Source: Hydrolagus colliei (Eukaryota). From it: a stretch of 64,000 bases of DNA. The DNA lies in NCBI GenBank assembly GCA_035084275.1, contig CM068750.1, positions 5,704,001 through 5,768,000 on the forward strand, in the 5' to 3' direction. A program made the position numbers and the translations under genes. The notes under the pieces were generated by a model. It made no database searches and was not told where the DNA came from. It worked only from the letters and a program-made list of their open reading frames with translations. Each line of letters starts with the position of its first letter. Position 1 is the first letter of the stretch. This document shows positions 26,681 to 39,303 of the stretch, in pieces.

Positions 26681-29075
26681 AAATCATATCATTTTGTAAA
26701 CTTAGTAGGGGGTTCCCTTGCTGTTTACAACATAGCTTGCATCTGCCCATCAGCAGTAAGTGCAAAGAGCAGTTAATTTTGAAGCACTGCTTTCTTATAT
26801 ATAAAAAATATTAATGGTTGTTGTTTTTTTTGTGAGCTACATTATCTCATTACAGTCTTTGCTATAAAAGCACTTCACCCCACTTCAAACACAGATTTTA
26901 TAAAACCTTAAAATGGTTTTGCAATGTGCAATAATGACATGGTTGAGCATTTCAAATTGTGTTAAATTTCGGAATGTATTTTAAGGGTGGAATTTCGCCT
27001 TAGGTGGATGATGAATGGCTCATACTTTATTTATGTTTCATAAAGCAAAAGCTAACAGTAGGAATAGAAATAGTACATCTTTGCAAGGTGTAACCCAGTC
27101 CAACACATTTTCCTTCAAGCACATGCAGTTCCACAAAGTTTAAGATAAGATGAAACTGCACATGTAATTAATTATTGTCGTATGATCAAACAGCACTTTA
27201 TGTATAACACTTGTAAATGTTGTCTTGAAGATTAGAGTTAAAGTTGGAGATGCATGAAACAGTTACTGCTTTAAAACTCACCAGTTGTTCAGTTGAACCT
27301 TTTGGCAGAAGTTCAGTTTAATATGTTTATATGATAAGTGGCAGGAGAGTCAAGGATACTTTACACTGATGTAAACAGATATCGAGCTCGTCAGTGTATT
27401 CGGGCTGAAAAGAATGTGCTATGAAGCAGCTTTAATGGATCTTCCTGCTTTGAAACAAGAATAAGGCAAGTGCTTTTTTATTTTTGGGGTCTGAGTTTAT
27501 GAATTTACAAGTTTTCTATTCTAAGAGAAACACCTTTGGTTTGACTGGATCTAGTCACTAATTGTTTTTAAAGCCACCCAGTGTTATTCAGGGGAAAAGT
27601 TTCCATTGTTTGTTCAACTTCAGTATTTGGTTCTTAATTGGCAGCCACCACATTTTATTTATACATTGGTCCTATCTAGGTTAGCGATAATGGATTGAAG
27701 TGAATATTCAAAACTAAATATTAATTGCGGTTGATCTAAAATGTTGCTCACCATTTATGGTTAATATTTTTGCACGTCTGGTTTTTAGTTGCTGCTCCCA
27801 GACTCCCAGCTCACTCGAGACCACCCGTTTGAAATGAACAGCACTGTGTTTTGTCAGTGCTTCCCTTTTATTGATACCGTATCTAGACTTGCAATAGAGC
27901 TCTAATATCTGCATTTTCAGAGGAATTGGAACAAGGGCGGAGAAGTGAGCAATATCCATAAAAGTGTATGAAATTGCCATGAACCACTATATTAAGTCTG
28001 CAATTACTTCGAGGGGAAACATGAGTGAATTAGTAGTGGAGAGCAGCTAAATCTCTGAGGAGGAAACAGACTTTCGAGGGTAAAGGGCTGAAGCGACAAA
28101 TATTCCCAAAAGTTCCCTACAATGAAATCCAGTTCACAGTTTTCAGCAAAATGTCAGAAATTGTATACACATGTACTAAAAATGTGCATATATAATGCTT
28201 TTTTTTTTACAGAATTCAGTTAATGTATGAAAGCAATTATTCAATATTTGGCATAAAGGGCCAGACACAATTGGTACAATAAAGACTGTGGACATAAATG
28301 AGCCCTTCATGACGGGAAGGAAAAATAATTACTTTTGCAATTGTTGAGGTCGATAAAATTATCAAACCATAGAAAAACTAGCTCATGCAATAACGGCATA
28401 CACAACATGTTTTCTATGGGAAAGCTGAGCGAGAGGGCAGAAAAAAACATAAAGCTTGGGGAGAACTGTATGCTTGGCAAAGTTTTAGATAAACACTGCA
28501 GTAGAATGTATCTTATTTTAATTGTATAAACACCAATCATTTCTGTTGTATAGAGAACACATTTATTTTCTATCCAAACATGTGTACCAAAAATAGGAAG
28601 CTATGTGCAGGTTTCATTGATTGGAGGATGGAATGAGATGAGAAGAGATGATTTGCAAACTTATACCAGAATATGTTTGCATGAGATTTGGTCACAAAAT
28701 AACAATTCAGATTTTTTCAATATATACTTGCAGTAGGGGTTATATGCTTTGTTATATACTTGCAGCAGGGGTTTTCTGACTGATGTCTAGTACTGTATTC
28801 AAAAGATATTCTACAGTTTCCAAATGCACCTTGGACATCCCTCAAGTCCCAGATCTATTCATAAAAACGCATGGAAAATTTTCTGTAGTCAAACACGACT
28901 AAGTGATTTGCAAATTCCTCCATTTGGAAAAGGTAAAGTTGCAGGAATTGTAAGGTTTGTGGACCAATTTCTATAGCGCTCGAACCAGCAAATTGGAATT
29001 GCAGAACTGCGTCAGCAAATAGTTCTTGCAAATTAAACAAACCCTTATACTGCATTTTCTGTGGCAATACAAGTA

Positions 29076-29187
29076 CAGGGTGAGCAAAAAGACATCAAAA
29101 CAATTTAATGTCGAATAGTTTTTAAAGGAATTTTTTTAGATACAGTAATTAGTTTGATGAAAAAATCAAGACTTTTTGGTCACCCTG
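29076..29187. mobile_element. 112-bp MITE with Tc1/mariner-type TIRs
   Basis: CAGGGTGAGCAAAAAGAC ... GACTTTTTGGTCACCCTG (16/18 inverted match); TA on the left, CA on the right. Confidence 0.65.
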
Positions 29188-32100
29188 CATTGGGACATCT
29201 TCCCAACATGAAAGGCGCTATACAAATATAATTTTGTTGTTGTTGTTGTATTAAGCCCAAGCTAATCACAATATTCCCATGCTCTTGAGATCAGTATGAG
29301 GAACCGTTTGATTGTTGTTGTAGGATAACTGTAATAGGTGTAAACCAAGTCCTCAACAGTTCATCAAAGGATCTTGGATGGTTTGACCTAGAATAATTCA
29401 GGGCCTTAAATACTACATTTAAGAGGTGAATAGTCGTTGAAGATTACTCAGAAGTAGAAACATATTGTTTGAGTTCTTATTACTGTGGATTCCACTTTAG
29501 ATCGTTTTCTTGGAAGAGTTTGAAATAGTAACTATGTATTCAAAGTCAAATGATAAGAACAAAGAGTTTGTAATTTGTTCATGAAACAGAGAGAAAGAGC
29601 GACCTTTACAGCTTCTTTTAGCTGAACCTTTAATGCTTATCTCAAGTGGCACAATGTCAATCTTTGGGATTCTGTTTCCTTACCAGCTGAGAGTATAATT
29701 CAATGACATCTTGGTTTTACAGAATCTCTGGCAACTGAACGCAGAGAAGGTTGGAATTCCACCAAAGTGTTTTCGAAACAAGCCTAATTTGCTGGAGATT
29801 ATGAGAAGCTACCCACGCTCATGATGAACAACAGGTAAGGAGAGGGATAGGGGGGTGGGGGGGAGGGAGTATTGGCAGTCAAACTACCATCCTGTTTGTA
29901 TAGAGCGGATATAGTACTTAATAAAGATGGGAATACATTTAAACTCCCTGCCTCTCTCTCTCTCTCTCTGTCTGATCTTTTGTTGAACTTAGGTCAAACT
30001 ATTTTTACTTTTGAATATTATTATTCAACTTGAGTGCTTACCTCAGGGTTTGTTGAATCACTGTGAACTACAGACTATTCCTGCACAATTCAGAGGGAAC
30101 TTATACATATCACAACACACAAAACATTACTTTTAGTTTTGCCAATTAAAAAAAAACATTAAAAAATGTACGGCAACACATTTTGCTCCCTAATCGTGGC
30201 TGATGTGTTGATTTTAGTTGCATTTCCATCTCTGGGGAAAGTAAATTCCCTTTACATAAACGAACAAACAATTTGATAGAAGGATCTTAAAGTTCTGGGG
30301 TCTGTGGTAGGTTAGCAACACTACTTACTGGTTTTACAAATTGAAAACCAGAAGAATACACTGATTTGGTATGTTGAACCTTTGGTTAAACCCACTATTC
30401 AATCATACTTTCAGGTCTAAAAGTTTTTCCAAGAAACACTTTCAAACCATTGTAGCAGCGTCTGTTAATCCACTTTTGCAACCATCTCCCTGATTTTATA
30501 AGGTATAAATAAGCAGAGAAAACTTCTACTCTTTCGCAAAGTTGATGCTCATGTGTTTTCTGGTCCATGTCCAACCAACCCTTTAGTCTAAAATGTGTTG
30601 TACTTCAGTTTTATTTTCCTGGGAAAGGATTTGTGAGAGACAGTGGCCAACCAAAACACTTCACTATTCTAAAGTTTGCCTTTTAAAGAATAAGCAGCAA
30701 CATTGATTCAAATTGTTCATCTTTATTAGGCATTGATGCAGCCTGACTGAAGTTTATAATTGGCACTGACTTTTCACAAATACCTTTCATGTGGTCATGA
30801 ATGTTTAGCGCAGGAAGAGTTCATGTGCAAACTATTTTAACCTTTTCATTGCCAAACACAGCTCTTTTGCACAACATCTTCAAACGTAACTTCTGTAATT
30901 TTTATAAGCAATGGTAAAATACAGTCAGTAGTCAGAAGGAAGGATGGAAATGCTTGGAAAGATAAGAGTCTGACATCAGTAAATGTGATGCTCATCTCAA
31001 ACAATAATACAGTAGATTGCAAATGCTACATATACAACCATTCTGGTAGTTCTTGTTTCAAAGTGATTTAATCTGCAAATAGATTGCTCTGAAACTTTGA
31101 CTGTCCAGTGCCTTGGGATGTCCTCCCAACGTGAAAGATGCGATACAAATCTAATGTTGTTGTTGTTTACCAAATGCTAGTTAATATAGAAAATATGGAA
31201 ATATAAAATATATTTTTTTAAATAGAAAAATATAGAAAATAATTGTACATTCACACAGTTGTGCCCTAAAGAAGTTGTTTATTTAACATTTCAAATTATT
31301 TAACATTCATTGCAAAAAAATGTTTTCCATTAGTGGCAATAAGGTGGATTTGTTTCGTGCATCAAGTATAATGCAGTAAACAAATGACTGATGGTACTTT
31401 CTGTAAGGCTGTTAATGTTGTGAGCGTGCATTGGAATTCAGTGTTGTACTATGCAAGCTATGCAGGCAAAAATAAGAAAATGTTTTGGGGCTGATTAGAT
31501 TCATGCCTCAAAGGAAATTTGCCAGCATGATTTCTGATGTGCCAATCCTATGAGGGCAAATGATTTGAGAAAGCCAAGCATCTGAGAAAGCAAAAAGATA
31601 CAAAGAGAATGAGAATCCAGGCAATTACTGGACTGACTGAATTGGATGATTTCATATCATTATTTGTCATCCTGAATTAAACATTAGCTTCAGAGTAATA
31701 AATGTTGGTAACTGTGACTGTAATTCTGACCATGAGGACAAAATTAGAAATAATAGTTGAATACTTCCCACACTCCTTCACTTTTCTGTTTATATTACTG
31801 TATCTGCTTTTGAATAAAACCCATTTAATCACTCCTGAATTGCTTACAAATATACAGTCACCACACTTGATAGTGAATCCCTGTGGAGCAGATTGAAATG
31901 TTTAATGTTAAAGGCGCTATATCAAAGGCCAGGATTTTTTTCCCTCCCCCTAAATTGTTCAAGATTCAAGCCTTTCATATACTTTACTTTGATTTCCTCC
32001 ATTGCTGCTCGAACCAAGTCAAGTTTAAAACATCGGAAGTCAAGGGATAAGATGTTAAAAGTGGACGGAAAGAGGGAAAAAGAAAATTGTCAGTTGAATG

Positions 32101-33992
32101 AAAAGGTGATTAAAGGTTTAACTCTTAACCTCAAATTGGTTTTCGCTTTTATATACTGTATTTACTTTCCTAATCGGCAAGCAATTCACAACAAAGAGCA
32201 ACGTTTATTTGCACTTATTTGTTCAATTTAGGTGAAAATGTGCAAAGTGTAAATTTGACATTTGTGTTTATTTTGATAGTGGAAAGAATCACCTGGTAAC
32301 TAAATTGTGCTACAAAATTGCCGAGATGATATTCTGCGAGATCATGTTGAAAGTGTATGCAATACACTGTTTAAATAACTGAAGATCTCTCTCTATCAGC
32401 TAGCCAGTCATCACCAGTCAGCAGTCTGGCATATTGGGGACATATGTTCAATATTGCAGTGACTTCACCACCCTGATACTTTAACCCCACTGAGAAGGAT
32501 TCAATCTTTTATACAGTGCAATTGCTGTTGGCGAGACACCAAGTGTCAGGTGTAGGAAAGAATGCTCTGGTACTGTAAATAATTTACACAGTGATATCAC
32601 ATTAAATCCTACCGACTTTCCAGGGTAGAAACTTGAAATGAAATCAGAATGTCCTCGAGATCGAGAAGCCAAAGAGTTAGAATGACGAATTGCTTACATA
32701 GGAACATCAACAAGAAAAACAGCAATAGGATCTTTTTGGATGTTGTATCGAATTCTGATTACACAGATTTCTCTCTCACAAAACCACAGTATTGGCTACT
32801 GGGATACAACAATCAAATAAAGCACAGCTTGCCAAATTAGCTGAAATGAACCAAAATAGTCAGACTATTGGCTGTAAGATCTTCAGTTATCTTACTGACT
32901 AAAAATGCAACAACAATTTTTTCTATATATATATATATATAGAAAATAATTTATCAAGTAGCCTTCACACAGGGTAGCGTCCCGGAGCAAATATAATTGG
33001 CAGGAGAATTAGAGTTCCCTGTCCTGGTCACTATTTAATTATCTCTTGTGTGGATGAGGAGAGGATGGGTTTCATTGTTTTAGAGGCAGCATAAAACTCT
33101 TTGGGTCACACGTGAGGAATTTTCTCTTGGGCTCGTTAATAGAGACTTCCTTGTGGAACCAGCTACCGATACGAGTGATTGCTTTTAAGAATTGTTGTTT
33201 CCAGCTTCTGCTCCCGACATTTGATCAGCGCAAGTGCAAATCAGATTTTAATGATCAGAAAATTAACACAGGGCTGAACAGCTGAGTAAAACAAAACCAA
33301 TAGGCTGCAGAGCTACTTACTTTAAGTCCACCTTGCAGCTACCAAATCATCTTACACAGAACACATACTAAACCATAATGTAAAAAAAATTGGGAGGACA
33401 AAAAAATCATATTTTCTCATTGTTCACCAATTTGTTAGATAACATTTCAAAAGATTACGTAATAATGTCACTAGATTAGATATACCAACTTAACACGTCT
33501 CAAAGCAGTTCACAGAACACACTGTATAGTGTTGTGACTATGTATTTTGTGATTGAAACACAGCAGCCAATTAATTGCGCACAGTGTTAGTTAGATTCCA
33601 CTGCTCTTCATAAGGCGTGTGGGATGGATTGTGTTTAAAAAACGTGAAGAGTGACAATCTGAACTAAACTGGATGGTGTTTTTTTCGGTTCCAGTCAGCT
33701 TTTGTAGCCTCCAGCAGATTTTTATGTGGCAAGTGGTTCTGGGGCAACCAACTGCTTCCTAGTTGAGCTGCTTATCCTCATGGAATATGTGCAGAGTTCA
33801 GTGCAATCTCTCAGCTGCCTCATTCACGGATATTTTGAGAAGAATGATGGTCAAATTTGCAGCAAATTAGGAACCTCTGCGTGATTCTCTCGCTGGTTAC
33901 TAGGATACACCATGGTAAGCAATGTGAGTAAATACTGTAACATGCTTGCAATGCCGATTTAAAAAAAACACACAAGAAAACGTTCATCAATA

Positions 33993-34730
33993 CCATATAT
34001 GGTGTACTTGAACAGCCTTCAAATGTCTTTTGAACCCATAGTTTCCATGTGAATCCCAGTCAGTGCGGATATAAAATGATGGAACTTGCTTACAATGCTG
34101 TCGCAAAAAAATGAACCCATTTTCAAATGCTCGCCAGCTGTCAACCCTGAGAGGTTAAGCTCCCACTATCATGTTCAGGAACTGACAGTTTACATTTTTT
34201 TTAATATCACAACAACTTGCATTTATATAGCGCCCCTCACACAGGGTAATGTTCTAAAGCATTTGACAATGAGTAGCACGACGCCAAGCTGGGGGGAGGT
34301 ATCCGTAGGCGCTGTTGAAGAGAAAGATCTTCGAACTATAAAATAAGTCTTTGTCAAATCTATCTTTTAAAACATATACAGTATATATATATATATGTTA
34401 CATATATTATATATACACACGCGCATATATAATATATATATGACAAGGTCATTATATACCAATTGGTGACCTCGGAACTCACTGGGAACTAAAAATAGAG
34501 CACAGTAATTATTTACATCTGTGTCACAGACTCTGTGTGCATTCCAATGATTTTTTTGAAACTTGGGCATGGGGGAATTACCATATCAGTCACAGCCTTT
34601 CCAGCCTCCCCAGCCTACTGCCCTGAAGGCCTAATCACAAGGTCACAAGCAGTACCGGGACTGTACTGTACAGTGCATGGCTGGCTGCAGTCCCCGCAGC
34701 ACACAGTTGTCAGGGACAGGAGGAATGTGT
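33993..34730. promoter_or_regulatory. Candidate cardiac/muscle cis-regulatory module upstream of NRAC coding exons
   Basis: CArG CCATATATGG 33993-34002, MEF2 CTAAAAATAG 34489-34498, MCAT CATTCCA 34540 and AGGAATG 34721, CAAGGTCA at 34444 and 34638. Confidence 0.45.
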
Positions 34731-35234
34731 GGTATGGGCCGAGTGCAATGAATTATCTTAAATTGACCATCACATATTTTGCTGCTTGTGGTCGTGGCCG
34801 AAATAGTGTCCCCCGGATCCCCTTTAGATGTAGATTCTCTGCATTGTCAGAAGTTAGGTAAACATACTTTGAGCTAGTTTCCCCGCACTCTGCCTCGTCA
34901 GTTGCTGTAATTAGGTCTACTTTGTGGAAGCTAATATTTGGGATGGTTTCATACCAAAGACGATTGCGCTTTCATGGACAGGCACCCATTTTAGTGAGCT
35001 TATTTTCAGTCAAAATGTGTCATTTTGCATTAGATTGGGTTCTAGCAGCCTTGCGTAAATGTTCTGCTGAGATTTCAAATCTATTTATAGTTTTATCAAA
35101 TTATCTCACTTTGCAGGCAATATAACACTCTGGAACACAGCAGAAAGGTACATCCGGAGTTTCATTCACCTCACAGCTCAGGAACAGGTAAGGAGATACT
35201 TGACAGCGCCTTGCCTTAGGATATTAAATGTTTA

Positions 35235-35430
35235 TATAATAATCCTTGCATTTGATATTGCGCTTTTCACATCTTATCGACTTCCCAAAGTGCTTCACAG
35301 AATATACTGTACAGTGAATTGACTGTATATTTGTGGGCGAATCGCGGCAGCCAATTGCGCACAGCAGTGTCCCACAAACAGTCGTGGATTGAAATGACCA
35401 ATTCTATTATTGTGGGGTTTTTTTTTGCTC
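35235..35430 (-). mobile_element. 5'-truncated SINE
   Basis: Reverse complement of family tail and body. Shorter tails of this family also lie near 895-990, 6015-6110, 10136-10360, 23065-23142, 25515-25610 and 53480-53590. Confidence 0.88.
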
Positions 35431-35656
35431 GGATAAATACTGATAGAGATTGTGTATTGTGTGTAGATGGACAACGATCATGGACAGAATTGAAGTTCTC
35501 TGAGGCCTTCATCCTTTGAGAACAATGTTTCAGTGCAAGTTGGTGTTCTTATTGAATGCCGTTTTCTAGATTCTTACTCTCTTATTTTCTTGTTGGATCA
35601 GACACTGTATGGCAGTGAACATTTAGACACTACAAAGACCTTTGAACATTTCACCA

Positions 35657-35692
35657 ATGCATACAGAGAAATCAACAGAGCAAAGTAATAAG
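35657..35692 (+). CDS. C14orf180: Probable first coding segment of the NRAC/C14orf180-like gene
   Basis: ATG 35657, MHTEKSTEQSNK, strong donor AAG|gtaagt in phase 0 matching the next exon. Start choice uncertain; no recognisable homology in this segment. Confidence 0.5.
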
Positions 35693-36458
35693 GTAAGTTT
35701 CTTTGCATATTACTGGCCATAATGACAAGGCCTTAAGATTCATACTAAAATATGACTTGCACTTAAGACCAATATTTTCAGAAATATTTCTGTATCAATG
35801 AACAATGAAAGGGTTTAAGCACTTTTGCTTATCCCTGGTAACAGAAATTGTTACAATATATTTTCTGTATACTTATTGATTTTAAAACCCACATCACAAA
35901 TTGAGACAGTGAAACTGCTGTTCAGTTGACCAGTGGCTCAATTATGTAATGGTGAGCCAGACACATTTTTCTTGGTGAATTTTTGTAACAAATATGTTTA
36001 GGCAACTCCAATTAACAATGTATAATAAAAAGTAACAATAGCGTTTTTGAGCATCTCACAGGATTTACAAGAATCTAGTCATTTGCAGCACATTTTACAT
36101 TAACACACTTTTTTTGGCTACCTCTTTGTTTTTACGAATCCTATTCGGACTTATTCAAGGTTTAAAATTATACTGGGTGGTGCAGAAAGTGATACATCAT
36201 TTCCAGGAGTAGGAGTGCGGATGGATGAATTAAGATGTCCTTTCCAAATGAAGTTCTAATCTATCGAACAATTCCAATGCAAGTACAGGCCAGGCCATTG
36301 ATGTGGTACAAATACTTTTACAAAAGACATTTGTATTGACAGGTTTAAAGAATGAATGAATTTTGAAATAAGCGGGGGCCGTTTTTGCAAAGTTGATCTA
36401 TTGATTTCAAACAACACAAACTCGTATGTGCATTTGAACCAAGATTCTCTAGACTATA

Positions 36459-36770
36459 GGGAGTCCTGCAGCTCAGTGGTTAGAGCACTCATATGCAAGA
36501 GACCTGGGTTCAATGCCAGGCAGGGTGAAACCTTGGGTGAGTTTTCTTACGCCGCACACCAATTAATAATCCATAAAAAAAAACAGAATAATAAATTGGT
36601 TATTGCAATACATGACTGTTTGTGGGACACCACTGTGTGCAATTGTCTGCCGCATTTCACCCACACATATATATACACAGGCAATTCACTTTACAGTATA
36701 TTCTGTGAAGCGCTTAGAGACGCCGAGAAGACGTGAAAAGTGCTATATGAAATGCAAAGATTATTATTAT
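36459..36770 (+). mobile_element. Near full-length tRNA-derived SINE with LINE2-type tail
   Basis: A box GCTCAGTGGTTAGAGC, B box GGTTCAATGCC, body and ...AAATGCAAAGATTATTAT tail shared with many copies in the window. Confidence 0.9.
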
Positions 36771-38089
36771 ACAGCTGTACTCTATCTCAGGATTCTGCAG
36801 CTGATCAGCCACTGGAAGTTTCGAATAAGATTTTACCACAGTGGCTTGGAAATGATCCTGCGGAAACTTGCAACACACAGGAGGTACTTTTCAGCAATTT
36901 AAAACAAATATATAACTCTACATGGATCAGTATCGCATAACTACTACTGTATAAATGATTCTATAGTTATAAGGTTATTTCATATTTGTTGACTACTAAA
37001 TAGGGATAGAATTGGACTAAATATCTCTAGAATGTAAGAACTTTCAAATTAGTCGAGTGAGGAGGTCATCAGAGCTTACGCTTATTCTTAATGGACAAAT
37101 GTTATTTGAGCCTCTGTTCTGTCCAGTAATTTCCTCCTGGTTTTCTCTTCCCTGGTTTCTGTTTTCGTTCTATCTCATTATGTTATTTTTTACCTCTTTC
37201 CTGTTATGTTTCCACTCCAAGCATTAAATTATGCGCAGTGTGAATGCTCTAACAGATCTTTAATTGGGTGGAAAATTAGTTGTGAAAGCAATGTCATTTG
37301 TCTTTGCCTTTGTCAAATCCGAAGAAATAAATATGTATAATACTCCATTTAACATATATATGAAACCACCATAGGATATCAGAAAACGTTTCATAATTCA
37401 ATGCATCGAGAGGTCATAATTGCAAACAAATTGCACTGAGAGGAAGAGGCACCTCAGTGGCCCTCGTCTACAAAGCAATAGATTCCACACTTAACCATTC
37501 GAGTTCACTTGCCCAGGCACCACTGGACCTTAGAGTCAAATTTGCTCATTCATGACCTTTCCCCCCCCGCCCACCTCCCATCCCCCTTTCTCTGCAATAG
37601 ACACAATTACTATCACATCAGAGATTGGCCCGGGCACATCTGCCATTATAGCCTTTGATCTGCCATCTTTTAGCGTTTCATTTGTCCCCATAGCGCCCTC
37701 AGTTTACAGCTAATGGTAATCACTTTCAAACGAAATTCAACTACAACCTTCAAGATGACTGAAGGGATCAGAAAGACAGCAGGAAGGTAAAGGATCAGTT
37801 GAGATAACGAAACTAAAGCCAGACGAGAGTAGGTAGAAAATACAGTAGCATTCAATAAAAGTGAAATTATAAAATTATACAGAAAATAAAGAGAAAAGTG
37901 ATATATAGTTTTTTAAAAAATATATAAGCATCTTGAGGGGGGGAAAATAAAATCAGGATCAAGTTGTTTCAATTGGAACATCAAAATCCCAAATTGTTTG
38001 CTTGAAACCTTATGGATACAGTTTGCTTAAACATAAAACTGTCTAAACTAGACATGGAGATGCTGAGATACATGGCTGTATAAAAGAGA

Positions 38090-38317
38090 GATAGTTGATT
38101 GGCAGATCGCTTTTCCCAGTGGTAATAATTCCTTTTTTAAAAAATTGGTCACGTCAATACACAACTGTTTGTGGGACATTGCTGTGCGCAATTGGCTGCC
38201 GCGTTTCACTCATCATAAAATATACAGTCAATTCACTTGACAGTATTCTGTGAAGCGCTTTGAGATGCCTCGAAGGCGTGATAAGGCGATATATCAAATG
38301 CAAGGATTATTATTATT
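38090..38317 (+). mobile_element. 5'-truncated SINE ending just before the NRAC middle-exon acceptor
   Basis: Family body and AAATGCAAGGATTATTATTATT tail. Confidence 0.9.
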
Positions 38318-38344
38318 TGTTTATCTGGTTTTGAAACCCAGCAG

Positions 38345-38483
38345 GCAATTGGACTAAAATGGCCAATATCTATTCTGAGGACAAGGTCGAGCGGAACATT
38401 GTATGAAGGGAACTGTACATCTCTCAAGAGGAGATCACAAAGGAGGGTTCATTTTCGAGAATCAGATGAGATAATTTTGCCCA
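38345..38483 (+). CDS. C14orf180: NRAC/C14orf180-like middle exon
   Basis: AIGLKWPISILRTRSSGTLYEGNCTSLKRRSQRRVHFRESDEIILP resembles human NRAC KCPPSILKR...RRVWFREP; acceptor ccagcag| (alternative start 38342), donor A|gtaagt, phase 1. Confidence 0.8.
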
Positions 38484-39069
38484 GTAAGTTTTGATACTTT
38501 ATTACATCATTGATACATTTGGTTAGAGGGTTTGGATTAAAATATAACAAAAATCTGAATTTACTCCAGTTGAAGAATGCAGCTGTTACAATAAATTTGT
38601 CGTCATGATGTGCCCAGTGAGTTGATTTCTAAACAAAGTATTATTCTAAGCTCATACAAACCAGTAGTCAAGTGTAACAAGTGTCACTATCTTTCAACAT
38701 GTTTTTTTTTAAGCTGCATGCATTTGCATCGGTAGAATCTTCCCATTACAGTATTTTTAAATCCCTATTGAAAACCTGATCACATTAGCTGTTCACCTTT
38801 TAGACAACACCTACTTGACTGTTAAACTGGTCTGTTTCAAGCGCTTCGAGATGCAGTCTGGCATGAAGGGTGCTTTATAAATGCAAGTTGTTGTTGTTGT
38901 TCTCCTTGCTGTTGTATTCTCAATGCTAAAGAGATAGCACCACGAATCTTGAAAACGTCAAGATCTCATTGCCAGGATTAAGGGGCATGTTTGTCCTGTG
39001 TGTTGGTTGGTGGAACAATGGGATCCAGTAAGCAAAAATAATAGCAAGAAAATATTGCTTACACAAGTC

Positions 39070-39303
39070 AATCAGCGGATTGCTTTTCTGGGGGTAATAA
39101 TTCCTATTGCAAAAAAAAGTCACTCAATCCACGATTGTTTGGGCGACACTGCTATGCACAATTGGCTGCCATGTTTTGCCCACAAAATATGCAGTCAGTT
39201 CATTTTACAGTATATTCTGTGAAGAGCTTTGAGAAGTTTTGAAGATGCCATAAGGCTCCATATTAAATGCAAGGATTATTATTATTATTATCATCATCAT
39301 CAT
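39070..39303 (+). mobile_element. 5'-truncated SINE
   Basis: Family body and tail with (TTA)n(TCA)n. Confidence 0.88.

Noticed and set aside
28720-28775. Short direct duplications (also 8447, 11073, 15614)
   Set aside because: Ordinary slippage-type two-copy duplications with no further structure.
32920-32946. Palindromes centred on (TA)n (also near 1840, 6860, 34385)
   Set aside because: Trivial consequence of TA microsatellites with A/T flanks.
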